The notes beneath the pieces are model-generated. The model made no database searches. It was not told the DNA's origin and saw only the letters and a list, made by a program, of their open reading frames with translations. A program made the translations under genes and the position numbers. Of a DNA stretch of 64,000 nt, positions 1 to 9,190 are shown in pieces (position 1 is the first letter of the stretch; every line of letters begins with the position of its first letter). The DNA comes from Candidatus Eiseniibacteriota bacterium (GTDB lineage: Bacteria > Eisenbacteria > RBG-16-71-46 > CAIMUX01), in assembly GCA_041390305.1 (NCBI GenBank), contig JAWKQE010000004.1, positions 194,649 through 258,648 of the forward strand, read 5' to 3'.

Positions 1-2793
1 ATCGAGCCCTTCGGCGTCGACCACGCAAGAATCCGGAATGCCGCTCGCACTCCGCACCGTGATCGCCTTGCCTCGGAACTGGATGCCGCGGTTCCCCACT
101 CCCGTGAAGAGGCCGTTCCCGAGTTCGACGATCGAGCCGGAGACGGCCGCATCGATCGCGGACTGGATCGTCGGGTAGGCTCCGGAGCCGTCGGCGAGCA
201 CGATGAGGGCGCAGGCATCAGGAGAGCAAACGGTGCCATCGCCGAGATAGGTACCACCGAGTGACGTGCAAAGAGCCGGGATGCGGATGAGGCACGAACC
301 GTCGTCGAGACAACACGCGCCCGAAGCGGGGCAAGGATCCGGATCGCACACGGACCCGTCTCCCTGATAGACACCGCCTTCCTCGCCGCAGATCACTTCC
401 TCGAGAATGACGCAGCCACCCTCGGCTGCACAGCACGCGCCCGTGGGGAACGACGCACATCCTTCTCCGCCCGATCCGATCTGGAGGCCACAGGGGCTCC
501 CCTCCGCCAGGACCGGCGCTCCGGCCCGTACGGTGTAGACTCCGGTCGTGGTCGGCGCGAGACCGCAGTCGACCGGCGCGCAGAATCGAGGGTTCCCGAA
601 GACGTCGTTCGGCGACCAGACCACGACGCCTGTTCCGTCGACGCCTGACGAATCCGCGAGCGAACACGAGGAGGCGAAGATCGCGCCGGAGACGTCGATC
701 CGGGCCTCCGCGCCGCCGAGGTCGGCGCAGTTTCCGTAGAGGATCGACCGTTCGAAGTGGAGCGAATCGGGAGCGCTCGTATAGATACCGCCACCGTACC
801 CCGCCGCGGAGTTGTCGGCGATCGTGCACCCTACGAGTCGCGGAACCGATGAGCCCTCGGCGAAGAGTCCACCACCTTGGGTCGCCGCATTCCCCGCAAA
901 GAGGCAGCCTTCGAGACGCGGGCTCGCGTCGAGGAGATAGACGCCGCCGCCGTTGAGCTCCGCCGTGGAACCGCGCACCGAACAGTCGACCAGGCGCGGA
1001 TCCGACCCGACCATCGCGACACCACCGCCGCGCCCCACACCGGTGACTGCACCGTTCACGATGCCGATTCCCCGGACGACGGTGGTCGAGTCCTCACCGT
1101 CCTTGAAGTAGAAACCGCGGCCCGCGCTCTGACAGTCGATCACGGTCGAGTCGGCGTCGCCGGACGCGGAGCGTAGTGTCAGCGGCTTGCCGCCGAACAC
1201 GAGGTCCCTGTTCCCCACGCCCGTGAAGACGCCCGAGGAGAGCTCGATGTTCGCCGTCGGAGCCACGCCGTCGATCGCGGCCTGAATGGTCGGGTAGTCG
1301 CCCAGCCCGTCTGGAGTGACGACGAACGCTGGACACGGATTGGGTGAACACACGGTGCCGTCGCCCTGGAAGACTCCACCGCTCACGCCGCACGGACCGA
1401 TCTCGGCGATGGCGCAGGTCCCGTCGGTCGCGCAGCACGCGCCGGTCGGCTGCGGACACGGGTTCGGCGTGCAGGTGGTGGCGTCGCCCTGGTAGGTGCC
1501 GCCGGCCGTCGCGCAGTCCGCGGATGTCTCGATCGTGCACGAACCGTCCGAAGCGCAGCACGCGCCGGTCGGCTGCGGACACGGGTTCGGGTCGCAGCTC
1601 GTCGCGTCACCCTGATAGGTACCGCCGGCCGTCGCGCAGTCTGCCGACGTCTCGATCGTGCAGGAGCCGTCCGAAGCGCAGCACGCGCCGGTCGGCTGCG
1701 GGCACGGGTTCGGGTCGCAGCTCGTCGCGTCGCCCTGGTAGGTGCCGCCGGCCGTCGCGCAGTCTGCCGACGTCTCGATCGTGCACGAACCGTCCGAAGC
1801 GCAGCACGCGCCGGTGGGAACGGCGCAACCAGCTGCCCTCGCGCCGATGAGGAGCCCGCACGGGCTGTTGGCGGCGAGGACCGGCGAGGTGTCGTACACC
1901 GTGTAGACGCCGGTCGCATTCACACCCACGCATCCGACCGCACCACAGAAGAGAGGATCGACGAAGATCGAATTCACGTCGTAGTTCGTCGTGCCAGTTC
2001 CGTCGACGAGCGAGGAGTCGACATCGGAGCAGGCGAAGTCGACCGAACCGTTCGCCGCGACGAACGCGCTTCCGCCCTCGACCGAGGCGCAGTTGCCCCA
2101 GAGGACGCTCCGCTCGATCGTCTGGAGTGAGTCGCCCGCGGCGTAGACGGCGCCGCCACGAGACGACACCTGGTTGTCCGCAAACGTACAGCCGACGATC
2201 GTCACGACGCTCGAGTCCGCGATGAAGAAGGCGCCTCCGTCCACTGCCACGTTCCCCGCGAGCACGCAGTCGATGAAGCTCGGCGACGCTCCGGTGACGT
2301 GGACGGCACCGCCCTCGGCCTGGGATTCGTTCGCCGCGAAGACGCAGTTCTCGAAGGACGGCGTTGCGCCGACACCGATGGAGAGCGCCCCGCCGACGTC
2401 CGATCCGGTGACGGCTCCGTTGAGGAACGAGAGACCCCGAACGACCAATGACGTGTCCCCGGTCGCGATCGTCATCGCGCGCGCGAGCGTTTCGCAGTCG
2501 ACGATGGAGGAGTCCGGGTTGGCGCTGACCGACTCGAGGAGGAGCGGCTTCCCGGCAAAGGAGAGGTTCCGGTTCCCGACCCCCTGGAACGTTCCCGTGG
2601 TGAGTCGGATCGTGTCACCGGGTGCGGCGGCGTCGATCGCGTCCTGGATCGTCGGGTAGTCGCCGAGTCCGTCGGGCGAAACGGAGTGCACTCCAGCCCA
2701 CGCGGAACCGGTCGGCACCGTTCCAAACGCGTACAGGAGGAGGATCAGCGAAAGTATCGCCGCTTTCTGGTGCGGTCTCTTCATGCTGCTCAT
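1..2793 (-). CDS. Secreted right-handed beta-helix repeat protein carrying arrays of a six-Cys ~41-aa module (partial; C-terminal end lies beyond the left edge)
   Basis: Absent from the ORF track because it runs off the edge. My translation of the minus frame (codons at 3k+1..3k+3) is open from ATG 2793 (alt ATG 2784) to position 1, 931 codons. It begins MSSMKRPHQKAAILSLILLLYAFGTVPTGSAWAG (signal peptide). It has three head motifs DG(L/S)G(D/A)YPTIQxAID...GxFxGVGNR, G/A/N/S-rich beta-helix rungs, and 4+2 modules PTGACCxxDGSCxIxxxxxCxxxGGxYQGDxxxCxPNPCP. Confidence 0.8.
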   Translation of the reverse strand, partial: MSSMKRPHQKAAILSLILLLYAFGTVPTGSAWAGVHSVSPDGLGDYPTIQDAIDAAAPGDTIRLTTGTFQGVGNRNLSFAGKPLLLESVSANPDSSIVDCETLARAMTIATGDTSLVVRGLSFLNGAVTGSDVGGALSIGVGATPSFENCVFAANESQAEGGAVHVTGASPSFIDCVLAGNVAVDGGAFFIADSSVVTIVGCTFADNQVSSRGGAVYAAGDSLQTIERSVLWGNCASVEGGSAFVAANGSVDFACSDVDSSLVDGTGTTNYDVNSIFVDPLFCGAVGCVGVNATGVYTVYDTSPVLAANSPCGLLIGARAAGCAVPTGACCASDGSCTIETSADCATAGGTYQGDATSCDPNPCPQPTGACCASDGSCTIETSADCATAGGTYQGDATSCDPNPCPQPTGACCASDGSCTIETSADCATAGGTYQGDATTCTPNPCPQPTGACCATDGTCAIAEIGPCGVSGGVFQGDGTVCSPNPCPAFVVTPDGLGDYPTIQAAIDGVAPTANIELSSGVFTGVGNRDLVFGGKPLTLRSASGDADSTVIDCQSAGRGFYFKDGEDSTTVVRGIGIVNGAVTGVGRGGGVAMVGSDPRLVDCSVRGSTAELNGGGVYLLDASPRLEGCLFAGNAATQGGGLFAEGSSVPRLVGCTIADNSAAGYGGGIYTSAPDSLHFERSILYGNCADLGGAEARIDVSGAIFASSCSLADSSGVDGTGVVVWSPNDVFGNPRFCAPVDCGLAPTTTGVYTVRAGAPVLAEGSPCGLQIGSGGEGCASFPTGACCAAEGGCVILEEVICGEEGGVYQGDGSVCDPDPCPASGACCLDDGSCLIRIPALCTSLGGTYLGDGTVCSPDACALIVLADGSGAYPTIQSAIDAAVSGSIVELGNGLFTGVGNRGIQFRGKAITVRSASGIPDSCVVDAEGLD
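1438..1806. repeat. 3 x 123-bp in-frame tandem repeat (one Cys module per unit)
   Basis: Units start at 1438, 1561 and 1684, each beginning cgcgccggtcggctgcgg. Manual alignment gives about 6-10 mismatches per 123 bp between copies. A fourth, more divergent module follows on each side. Confidence 0.9.
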
Positions 2794-2999
2794 GCGCGGC
2801 TCGACTCAGCTCTGCCCAACCGTCCGGAGCCTTGCACCAAGTATAGCGCCCCTTCGCCGCCTCACCGAACGCAAAGGTGGAATGTGCGGAACGTGGCCCA
2901 AACGCTGCGAGTGACTGCAGCGGAACGAGTTGCCGATCGAAGTGCGACTCCGCCCCGAAACGAACTCGGAACTGACACGCCGGCGGTCCCCGTTCGGGG

Positions 3000-4403
3000 C
3001 TACCGGTCCCCGCCGCGGGCAGGGCGCAAGCCGAGAATCGCCCCGTCATCGGCGGCTTCGAGACACGTCAGCTCCCAGCCCTCGTTGGGGTTCGGGACGC
3101 CCCTGGCGCCGAGAAGTCGGCGCGCGTGGGTAGGAAAAGGTGCGAACCACCACTCGCTCTGTTCGCCGGGAACCCCGGATCCTGCGCCGGAGGCCACACC
3201 GCGAGACGCGAGGACCTCGGACAGCCAGGCGACCGCAATGGTCCCCGCGGTGAACCGCGCATTGCACTCGACGAGCGGGCGTAGCCGCTCCTCGCCGCGG
3301 GAGTCACGGTAGGCGAATCCATCGACACCGCACGGCCCACGGAATCCCGTGGCCGCGGCGTCCGTCACGAAGCATGTCGCGATCGCTCGGAACTCAGTGT
3401 CCCATGGACTCCCGGACGTGACGGTCGGCGCGAGGAGCCCCGGGCCGACGGTGGAGCGAGGATGCAGATCCACCTCCCCACGATTCCCGAGGTAGATCCC
3501 GTTCTCCCCGAGCACTTGCCGGGTCGTCCCCAGGCAGGTGACGGATCCATCGGGCTCGACCCAGAACTGCGCGGAGAGATCGTCCAACCTCTGGAACCAC
3601 GGTTCCAGGACGGCTCCGCCGCGATCGGCAAGTCTCGGAAGCGCCCGTCTGATCGACTCACCGAGCGGAAGGGAATCGCCGCGAACCCGCCCCCGCCCAC
3701 TCGTCCCGAATCGTGGTTTGAGCACGAACGCATCGCGACAGGCCGCATCCCACCCGGCCACGAGGTGCGCAATCACTTCGGCCGCATCCGGGCGACGCAG
3801 GTCTTCGGGATCGAGCACGGACGGACGCCATCCGGTCGGGACGTCGCGTCCGACAGCCATCCCAAGCTCATCACCCGTACCTTCTGACGACTTCCGGATC
3901 GATCGCGGCAAACGCTCCCATCGTTCGAGCCAACGCACGCAGGAAGCCTTGTCGTGCAGGCGCGACGCGATGTCGGGCGTAGCGAAGGCGAGACGAACCC
4001 CTCGGGTCTTCGCATACTCCTCGGCCCGCGCGCTCGGATACCAGGCGACGATCCCGCCCGTATCCGCGAGTCGCTCCCAGAGACGCGTCGAGCGAGACGG
4101 CCCCATCGCTCGTCCCGACCCGGCCATCGCATCCGTCACCTTCGTCGCGTTCGCGAGGTCCGCTGCCGGCAGCAGCGCACCATCGAACGCGTCAGGGGCA
4201 CCGGTACGGACCGCCGCGGGGGCGAGTGGAATCGTGCCGGGAGGAAAGGTCTCCAGAGGCAGATGAACGGTTGTGTCGTCCGGGAAGAGCCCCTGCCAGA
4301 GCGAGAGCAGATGGAGGAGCTCGGGAACCGCCCGCTTTGCGTCGCGGTTTTCTTCGGCTCCGAAGTTGGGATAGAGGATTCGGGACATGGAAGGCGCGGC
4401 CAC
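3000..4403 (-). CDS. ATP-grasp fold ligase-like protein, subfamily not recognised
   Basis: 467-aa ORF (GTG 4403; alt ATG 4388 gives MSRILYPNFG). ATP-grasp-type motifs: FVLKPRFGTSGRGRV, LEPWF, and C-terminal VECNARFT (E-x-N metal site). The upstream gene stops 9 nt before the start, so the two form an operon. Confidence 0.7.
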   Translation of the reverse strand: MAAPSMSRILYPNFGAEENRDAKRAVPELLHLLSLWQGLFPDDTTVHLPLETFPPGTIPLAPAAVRTGAPDAFDGALLPAADLANATKVTDAMAGSGRAMGPSRSTRLWERLADTGGIVAWYPSARAEEYAKTRGVRLAFATPDIASRLHDKASCVRWLERWERLPRSIRKSSEGTGDELGMAVGRDVPTGWRPSVLDPEDLRRPDAAEVIAHLVAGWDAACRDAFVLKPRFGTSGRGRVRGDSLPLGESIRRALPRLADRGGAVLEPWFQRLDDLSAQFWVEPDGSVTCLGTTRQVLGENGIYLGNRGEVDLHPRSTVGPGLLAPTVTSGSPWDTEFRAIATCFVTDAAATGFRGPCGVDGFAYRDSRGEERLRPLVECNARFTAGTIAVAWLSEVLASRGVASGAGSGVPGEQSEWWFAPFPTHARRLLGARGVPNPNEGWELTCLEAADDGAILGLRPARGGDR

Positions 4404-4412
4404 CGCGCGACC

Positions 4413-5483
4413 TCAGGAGCCGGCCGGGGTCGACGGGGTCGACGGGGTCGACGAGCCCGACGTACCGCCGCGGTCACGGGTCCCGTACGGCTTCGCCAAC
4501 CGCACGTGTTCGATGAAGGCATCGCTCAGTCCCGCACGACGACGCGCCGCGACTTCGAAGCGTCGCCCTTTCGCGCGCGCGGCCGAGAGCGGGAAGGGGA
4601 CGAAACGGTCGTAGAGTTCCGTGAGTGCGTCGGCCCCCTCGTTCTCGCCGAGATCCTGGGCGTCAGGATCGTGACCATCCGGAACGTGGCCGTGGCCGTC
4701 GCCGTCGGGCCGTGCGACCTTCTCGAGCCACCGCGCGGCCAGCCGCACGTGACCGATCTCGTCCTTGTGCACGATGTCCAGAGCGCGTGCGCTCTCCTCG
4801 TCGCCGTTCTGCCGGAACGCATCCCGGTAGAGGAGGGAGAAGTCGAGGTTGGCCTGCTCGAACGTGAGCCCCATCACGCAGAGGAACGATGCCGGCCCGT
4901 TCGGGCTCTCCTTGATCCCGGGCACCTGTTGCCAGAAGTAGTCAGACAACGCGCTCTGGCCGAGTCCACTCCCGAGCCCCGCGAGGCGGTCGAGATAGAG
5001 CCGGACGTGTCCCTGCTCCTCCTCGAGGACGTGAAGCAGCCCGCGACGAAGAGCGGAAGGCATTTCGGGATAGGCGACGAGCGCCCAGGCGAACAGCTCC
5101 ACGGCCATGAGCTCGTGATTGGCGAACCGCTCGACGCAAGCCGACCGCGCGTGACGGTCCTTCAGTTCGTTCAGGTTCGGAAGACGGTCGGCCCCGGAAC
5201 GGATCTGGATGTGGTCCTGACGAGCCGGACGATCGAGGAAGACCGGGGGGCCAGGAACGTCCAAGAGCGGATCACCACCCGGCCCTCGAGGCGGAACGAG
5301 TTTGGACTCGAGGTCGCCTGACTCGAGGATGTGCAGACAGAAGGACCGTACGGAGTCGAAGACAGGGCCTGTATGGACTTCGGAACCAGAAGACGCGCCG
5401 GTTCGGATATCCGACTCGGAGGTCTCGTTCTTCCGCCTCGACCCTGTCCCGTCCATGCGTGGGGCTCCCTCACCACTCGTCAC
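4413..5483 (-). CDS. DUF455-type ferritin-like (putative di-iron) protein
   Basis: 356-aa ORF with helix-bundle motifs FANHELMAVELFAWAL, LEEEQGHVRLY (ExxH), GLTFEQANLDF and VHKDEIGHVRLAARWL (ExxH). The true start could be an internal Met. Confidence 0.7.
   Translation of the reverse strand: MTSGEGAPRMDGTGSRRKNETSESDIRTGASSGSEVHTGPVFDSVRSFCLHILESGDLESKLVPPRGPGGDPLLDVPGPPVFLDRPARQDHIQIRSGADRLPNLNELKDRHARSACVERFANHELMAVELFAWALVAYPEMPSALRRGLLHVLEEEQGHVRLYLDRLAGLGSGLGQSALSDYFWQQVPGIKESPNGPASFLCVMGLTFEQANLDFSLLYRDAFRQNGDEESARALDIVHKDEIGHVRLAARWLEKVARPDGDGHGHVPDGHDPDAQDLGENEGADALTELYDRFVPFPLSAARAKGRRFEVAARRRAGLSDAFIEHVRLAKPYGTRDRGGTSGSSTPSTPSTPAGS
4427..4453. repeat. 9-bp x 3 perfect microsatellite (ggggtcgac)
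   Basis: ggggtcgac occurs at 4427, 4436 and 4445. It encodes the STPSTPSTP tail of the DUF455 protein, just upstream of the ATP-grasp start. Confidence 0.9.
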
Positions 5484-5600
5484 TCTTGGAGGCGATGGAA
5501 CGCATACGTCCTCCGTCGCCGTCGATCATCCCGACAAGAGTAGCGGAGGCAGGTGGGTCCGGGCACCGGAATGATAGACGGGGAATCGGCGCCCTGGCCC

Positions 5601-5632
5601 GCCGCGCGGACGTGCCGCCGCGCGGACGTGCC
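5601..5632. repeat. Perfect 16-bp tandem duplication in a divergent promoter region
   Basis: gccgcgcggacgtgcc at 5601-5616 and again at 5617-5632. A 7-bp-stem hairpin follows immediately (gtagcgc 5633-5639 / gcgctac 5654-5660). Confidence 0.9.
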
Positions 5633-5741
5633 GTAGCGCGTCCCCCGTTCCCTGCGCTACCGTTCCGGCCGGGGTCCCTCGATCGGACTCCGACGACTCG
5701 CCAATCCGAGAACCGCTCTACTCCTTTCGAGAGGTGACACC

Positions 5742-6866
5742 GTGTCACAGACGCCGAGACTCCTCCACGGACACCCGCGCCAGACCTCCGCCGCGTCGTT
5801 CCAAGCCTTGGCGGCCTACTGCGAGGAGCACGACCTCCAGGGAGACGTCTACGGTGCGTCCGAATGGCTCCAGTCGTTCGAGGCGGAGATCGCCGATCTC
5901 CTCGGCAAGGAGGCGGCCCTCTTCTTTCCGTCCGGGACCATGGCGCAACAGATCGCGCTCCGGATCTGGGCGGATCGAAAGAAGAGCGCGAAGGTCGCAT
6001 TCCACGCCACGAGCCACCTCGAGGCGCACGAGCAACATGGGTATCGGCATCTCCACCGGTTGGAGGCGCAGCTCGTCGGAGAGACACTCCGGACGCCTTC
6101 GCGCGAGGACATCGCACAGCTCGATCCGGACGTTTCCGCGCTCCTCCTCGAACTGCCGATGCGCGAGATCGGCGGCCAGCTCATCCCCTGGGACGAGCTC
6201 TCGGCGATCCGGGAGTGGTCTCGGAACACGGGCGTCGCTCTCCACCTGGACGGAGCCCGTCTCTATGAGGCCGCCGCGGGCTACGGACGCTCCGTCACCG
6301 AAGTCGCGTCGCTCTTCGACTCCGCCTACGTGTCGTTCTACAAGGGGATCGGTGGCCTCGCCGGCGCGGCTCTGGCCGGGCCGAGGGACTTCATCGAAGA
6401 GGCGCGCCCCTGGCTCCGGCGACACGGGGGCAACCTCGTCCAGATGACGCCGTTCACCGTCTCCGCCCGCATCGGCATGGAGACTCGCCTCGATCGATTC
6501 CGTGACTACGTCGCACGCGCGAAGGAGATCGGCGCCCTCCTCGAGTCACGGTACGGTGCAGTGAGATCGGGGGCAGCGGGCGCGGATCTCGCAACGGAGG
6601 AGGCGCGCCCGGGTCGCCGGATCGGGCTGACCGTCATGCCCTCTCCCGTGCAGGTGAACATGATGCATCTCCTGTTCGGCGGAACGCCCGAGGGACTCAA
6701 CTCGCGGCGCGAGCAGGCCGGAGCGGAGACCGGTCTCCTTCCATGCGCGCGGATCCGAGAGGACATGTGGGGCCGGGGCACCATGACCGAACTCTACGTG
6801 GGCGAGGCAGCCCTCGAAGAGTCCGACGACACCATCGCCGCGAGCTTCGACGTGCTGCTGGGATGA
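5742..6866 (+). CDS. Threonine aldolase / beta-eliminating lyase family PLP enzyme
   Basis: 374-aa ORF with a GTG start after GAGAGG. Motifs: LLGKEAALFFPSGTMAQQIAL, HLDGARL, and SFYKGIGG (candidate PLP lysine), typical of low-specificity threonine aldolases. Confidence 0.75.
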   Translation: MSQTPRLLHGHPRQTSAASFQALAAYCEEHDLQGDVYGASEWLQSFEAEIADLLGKEAALFFPSGTMAQQIALRIWADRKKSAKVAFHATSHLEAHEQHGYRHLHRLEAQLVGETLRTPSREDIAQLDPDVSALLLELPMREIGGQLIPWDELSAIREWSRNTGVALHLDGARLYEAAAGYGRSVTEVASLFDSAYVSFYKGIGGLAGAALAGPRDFIEEARPWLRRHGGNLVQMTPFTVSARIGMETRLDRFRDYVARAKEIGALLESRYGAVRSGAAGADLATEEARPGRRIGLTVMPSPVQVNMMHLLFGGTPEGLNSRREQAGAETGLLPCARIREDMWGRGTMTELYVGEAALEESDDTIAASFDVLLG

Positions 6867-7071
6867 TGCGGTCCGGAGAGGCCGTTCTCCCACCGGGGAA
6901 TGTTCCTTGGTGAAACGACGGATCCGCACGCAGATCCTGTGCCGGCACGGTCCCGCTCCCGAACGGATCCAGTTGCAATCGAGGCCCCAACGGTGACAGA
7001 TTCCCCTCCTTGCGGACCATGAGCCGCAAGGAAGGATACGCACGCAACCGTTTCGCCTCCTGGAGGCCCCC

Positions 7072-8394
7072 ATGACTGCCCCGCAGCTCTCCGCCCACTT
7101 CCAGAGCCGGAAGCCCTCCTCCATCCGTCTCGCCCAGATCGAGTTCTCCAACCGGAACGACGACACCGAGGCCGTCAACGTCGCGGTCGGGAACGTCTCG
7201 CTCCCGATGCATCCCGCGATGATCGAGCGGATGCGGAACCTGGGTGCGAAGGGCAGTCCGTTCGAGCGCGGGGTCGTGATGTACAGCCCGACGCGGGGCA
7301 CGCCTGAATGCAACGAAGCCTTCAAGAACATCGTCGGTGCGAGCGGCTGCGAGACCGAAGACCTGCACGTGCAGATCATGGCGGGCGGCAGTCAGGCCAT
7401 GGAGCTCGTCATCGTCGGTTGCTGCGGACCGGCGGGGACCTCCGAACGTCCACTCATGCTGATCGACGCGGCGTACACGAACTACAAGGGGTTCGCGGAC
7501 CGAGTGGGACGCGCCACGGTTTCCATCCAGCGCACCCTCCAGGCGGACGGAAGCTTCACCTTCCCGGAACTCGGCGAGATCGACGCGGCCATGAAGTCCC
7601 ACCGCCCAGGTGCACTCGTGCTGATCCCGTACGACAACCCGACCGGGCAGCTACTGGACCGCGCCATGATGATCGAGCTCGCGAAGCTATGCGTGAAGCA
7701 TGGCCTCTGGATCATCAGTGACGAAGCGTACCGTGAGCTCTACTACCCGGAAGCCGGCGAAGCGGAGACGGGGTCTCCCGTGAGTATCTGGAGCCTCACG
7801 GAAGCAGACGTACCCGGCATCACCGGCCGCCGGATCAGTATCGAAACCGCGTCCAAGGTCTGGAACGCATGCGGCCTCCGGATCGGCGCCCTCGTCACGG
7901 ACAGTGAGGAGTACCACCGTCAATGCATCGCCGAGGCCACGGCCAGCCTCTGCGCGAGCGTTCCCGGCCAGTACATCTTCGGCGCACTCGCCCACGAGTC
8001 CCACGCGGACCTCAGGAAGTGGTTCGCGAAGCAGCGCGCGTACTACCGCGGCATGCTCGAGTCGTTCACCGTCGGCACGAAGGAGAGAATCCCGGGCGCC
8101 ATCGTCTCGAGTCCGGACGCGAGCATCTACTCCGTCGTCGACTTCCGCGAGATCGCGCCCGAAGGGTTCAGTGCCCTCGACTTCGTCCTCCACTGCGCGC
8201 GGGAGGGACGGGTGGATATCGGCGGGACTCCCTACACGCTCCTCACCGCTCCGATGGCCGGGTTCTACAGCGTCCCCCCGGGCGCGACGAATCCGGGACG
8301 GACGCAGATGCGGATCGCCTACGTGGAGACACCGGAGAAGATGGCTCTCGTTCCCGAACTGCTGGGAAGCCTCTACGAGAGCTACGTCCGGTAG
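7072..8394 (+). CDS. Class I/II PLP-dependent aminotransferase
   Basis: 440-aa ORF, ATG after CTGGAGG. Motifs: PYDNPTGQLL, IISDEAYRELYY, and SKVWNACGLRIG (PLP lysine). Confidence 0.85.
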   Translation: MTAPQLSAHFQSRKPSSIRLAQIEFSNRNDDTEAVNVAVGNVSLPMHPAMIERMRNLGAKGSPFERGVVMYSPTRGTPECNEAFKNIVGASGCETEDLHVQIMAGGSQAMELVIVGCCGPAGTSERPLMLIDAAYTNYKGFADRVGRATVSIQRTLQADGSFTFPELGEIDAAMKSHRPGALVLIPYDNPTGQLLDRAMMIELAKLCVKHGLWIISDEAYRELYYPEAGEAETGSPVSIWSLTEADVPGITGRRISIETASKVWNACGLRIGALVTDSEEYHRQCIAEATASLCASVPGQYIFGALAHESHADLRKWFAKQRAYYRGMLESFTVGTKERIPGAIVSSPDASIYSVVDFREIAPEGFSALDFVLHCAREGRVDIGGTPYTLLTAPMAGFYSVPPGATNPGRTQMRIAYVETPEKMALVPELLGSLYESYVR

Positions 8395-8515
8395 GTTCGT
8401 CGGACGAAGGCAACTTCCTCAGACGACGGACGGGCGCAGAGAGAGGGAGCCCGCTGGGCGCGACATCGCCCGGAAGCGTGACCCGCTCGGCGCCCTCCGC
8501 ACATCCCCGGGGACG

Positions 8516-9190
8516 CTAGTCCCCCCAGATGGAACCACCGTTTCCGCCGGACGAGCCCTGCCGGCCCGATCCGACGAACTCGAGTCCGACCCCAAACTGC
8601 GTGGAGCCGCCGTCTCCAGACCCACGAAGCCACGCCACCTCGGGTCGAATCCGGTACGTCGCGTTTCTCGGACCGACCGCGAGCCCGAGGCTGTAGGAAT
8701 ACAGGTCGTCCGTCTCGAACACGCCGAGGTACAGCGTCCCCGATCCGTTGATCTCGAACGACGGCGTCACTGGCCAGGAGGCGATTGCGGTCGGGTGGAC
8801 GTAGAAGTCGTGATACCCGCCTTCGGCCAGAAGCCAGCTGAACGGGGCCTGGAGCGTGAGATAGTCGGGAACGACGCCCGCGCGCGCGTGCAGGCCGAGA
8901 CTCACGCTCGTGAAGTCGTCCGCGGCGAACACTCCTGCGGCCCTAAAGCCGTAATCGAAGTTGGGACTTCGCGTACCGACTCGCGAGACCAGAGTGAACT
9001 CGTTCGCGCCGGGATCGAAAGTCTCCGTGTCGTCGAGGTCGACCCGCGAGTAGCCGAACACCACCGACGCTTTCCCCGGCTCCGCGATTCGGGCGGACTG
9101 AAAGGACGAGAACGGGATACAACCGGTGAGCTGAACCGCGGCGAAGACAGTAGCGAAGGCGGTAGCGGAGGCGTGAACGAAACGGCGCAT
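8516..9190 (-). CDS. Lipoprotein, beta-rich (outer-membrane-like), function unknown
   Basis: I trimmed the 352-aa track ORF to ATG 9190, which is preceded by GGAGGGAATGT. The N-terminus is MRRFVHASATAFATVFAAVQLTGC (lipobox). The body has alternating beta-strand-like sequence and a Gly-rich tail. The upstream 128 codons are Arg/Cys-rich shadow sequence. Confidence 0.6.
   Translation of the reverse strand: MRRFVHASATAFATVFAAVQLTGCIPFSSFQSARIAEPGKASVVFGYSRVDLDDTETFDPGANEFTLVSRVGTRSPNFDYGFRAAGVFAADDFTSVSLGLHARAGVVPDYLTLQAPFSWLLAEGGYHDFYVHPTAIASWPVTPSFEINGSGTLYLGVFETDDLYSYSLGLAVGPRNATYRIRPEVAWLRGSGDGGSTQFGVGLEFVGSGRQGSSGGNGGSIWGD

Noticed and set aside
1438-1806. The tandem 123-bp repeat as a possible CRISPR array
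   Set aside because: The units are contiguous with no spacers, are far longer than CRISPR repeats, and are in frame within a coding sequence. No cas genes are present.
218-1933. Track ORFs 218..829 -, 393..794 -, 1094..1582 -, 1344..1850 +, 1383..1919 -, 1607..1933 -
   Set aside because: All are out-of-frame or antisense readings of the 931-codon beta-helix/Cys-module gene. Their internally repetitive Arg-rich sequences are just the 123-bp repeat read in the wrong frame.
2794-5741. The ATP-grasp protein as a graspetide or RiPP ligase with a nearby precursor peptide
   Set aside because: I translated the flanking gaps (2794-2999 and 5484-5741). The only small ORFs (for example within 5459..5737) are Arg/Pro-rich, lack a good SD spacing and show no Thr/Ser/Asp/Glu-rich core. 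The cluster is kept as a generic pathway candidate instead.
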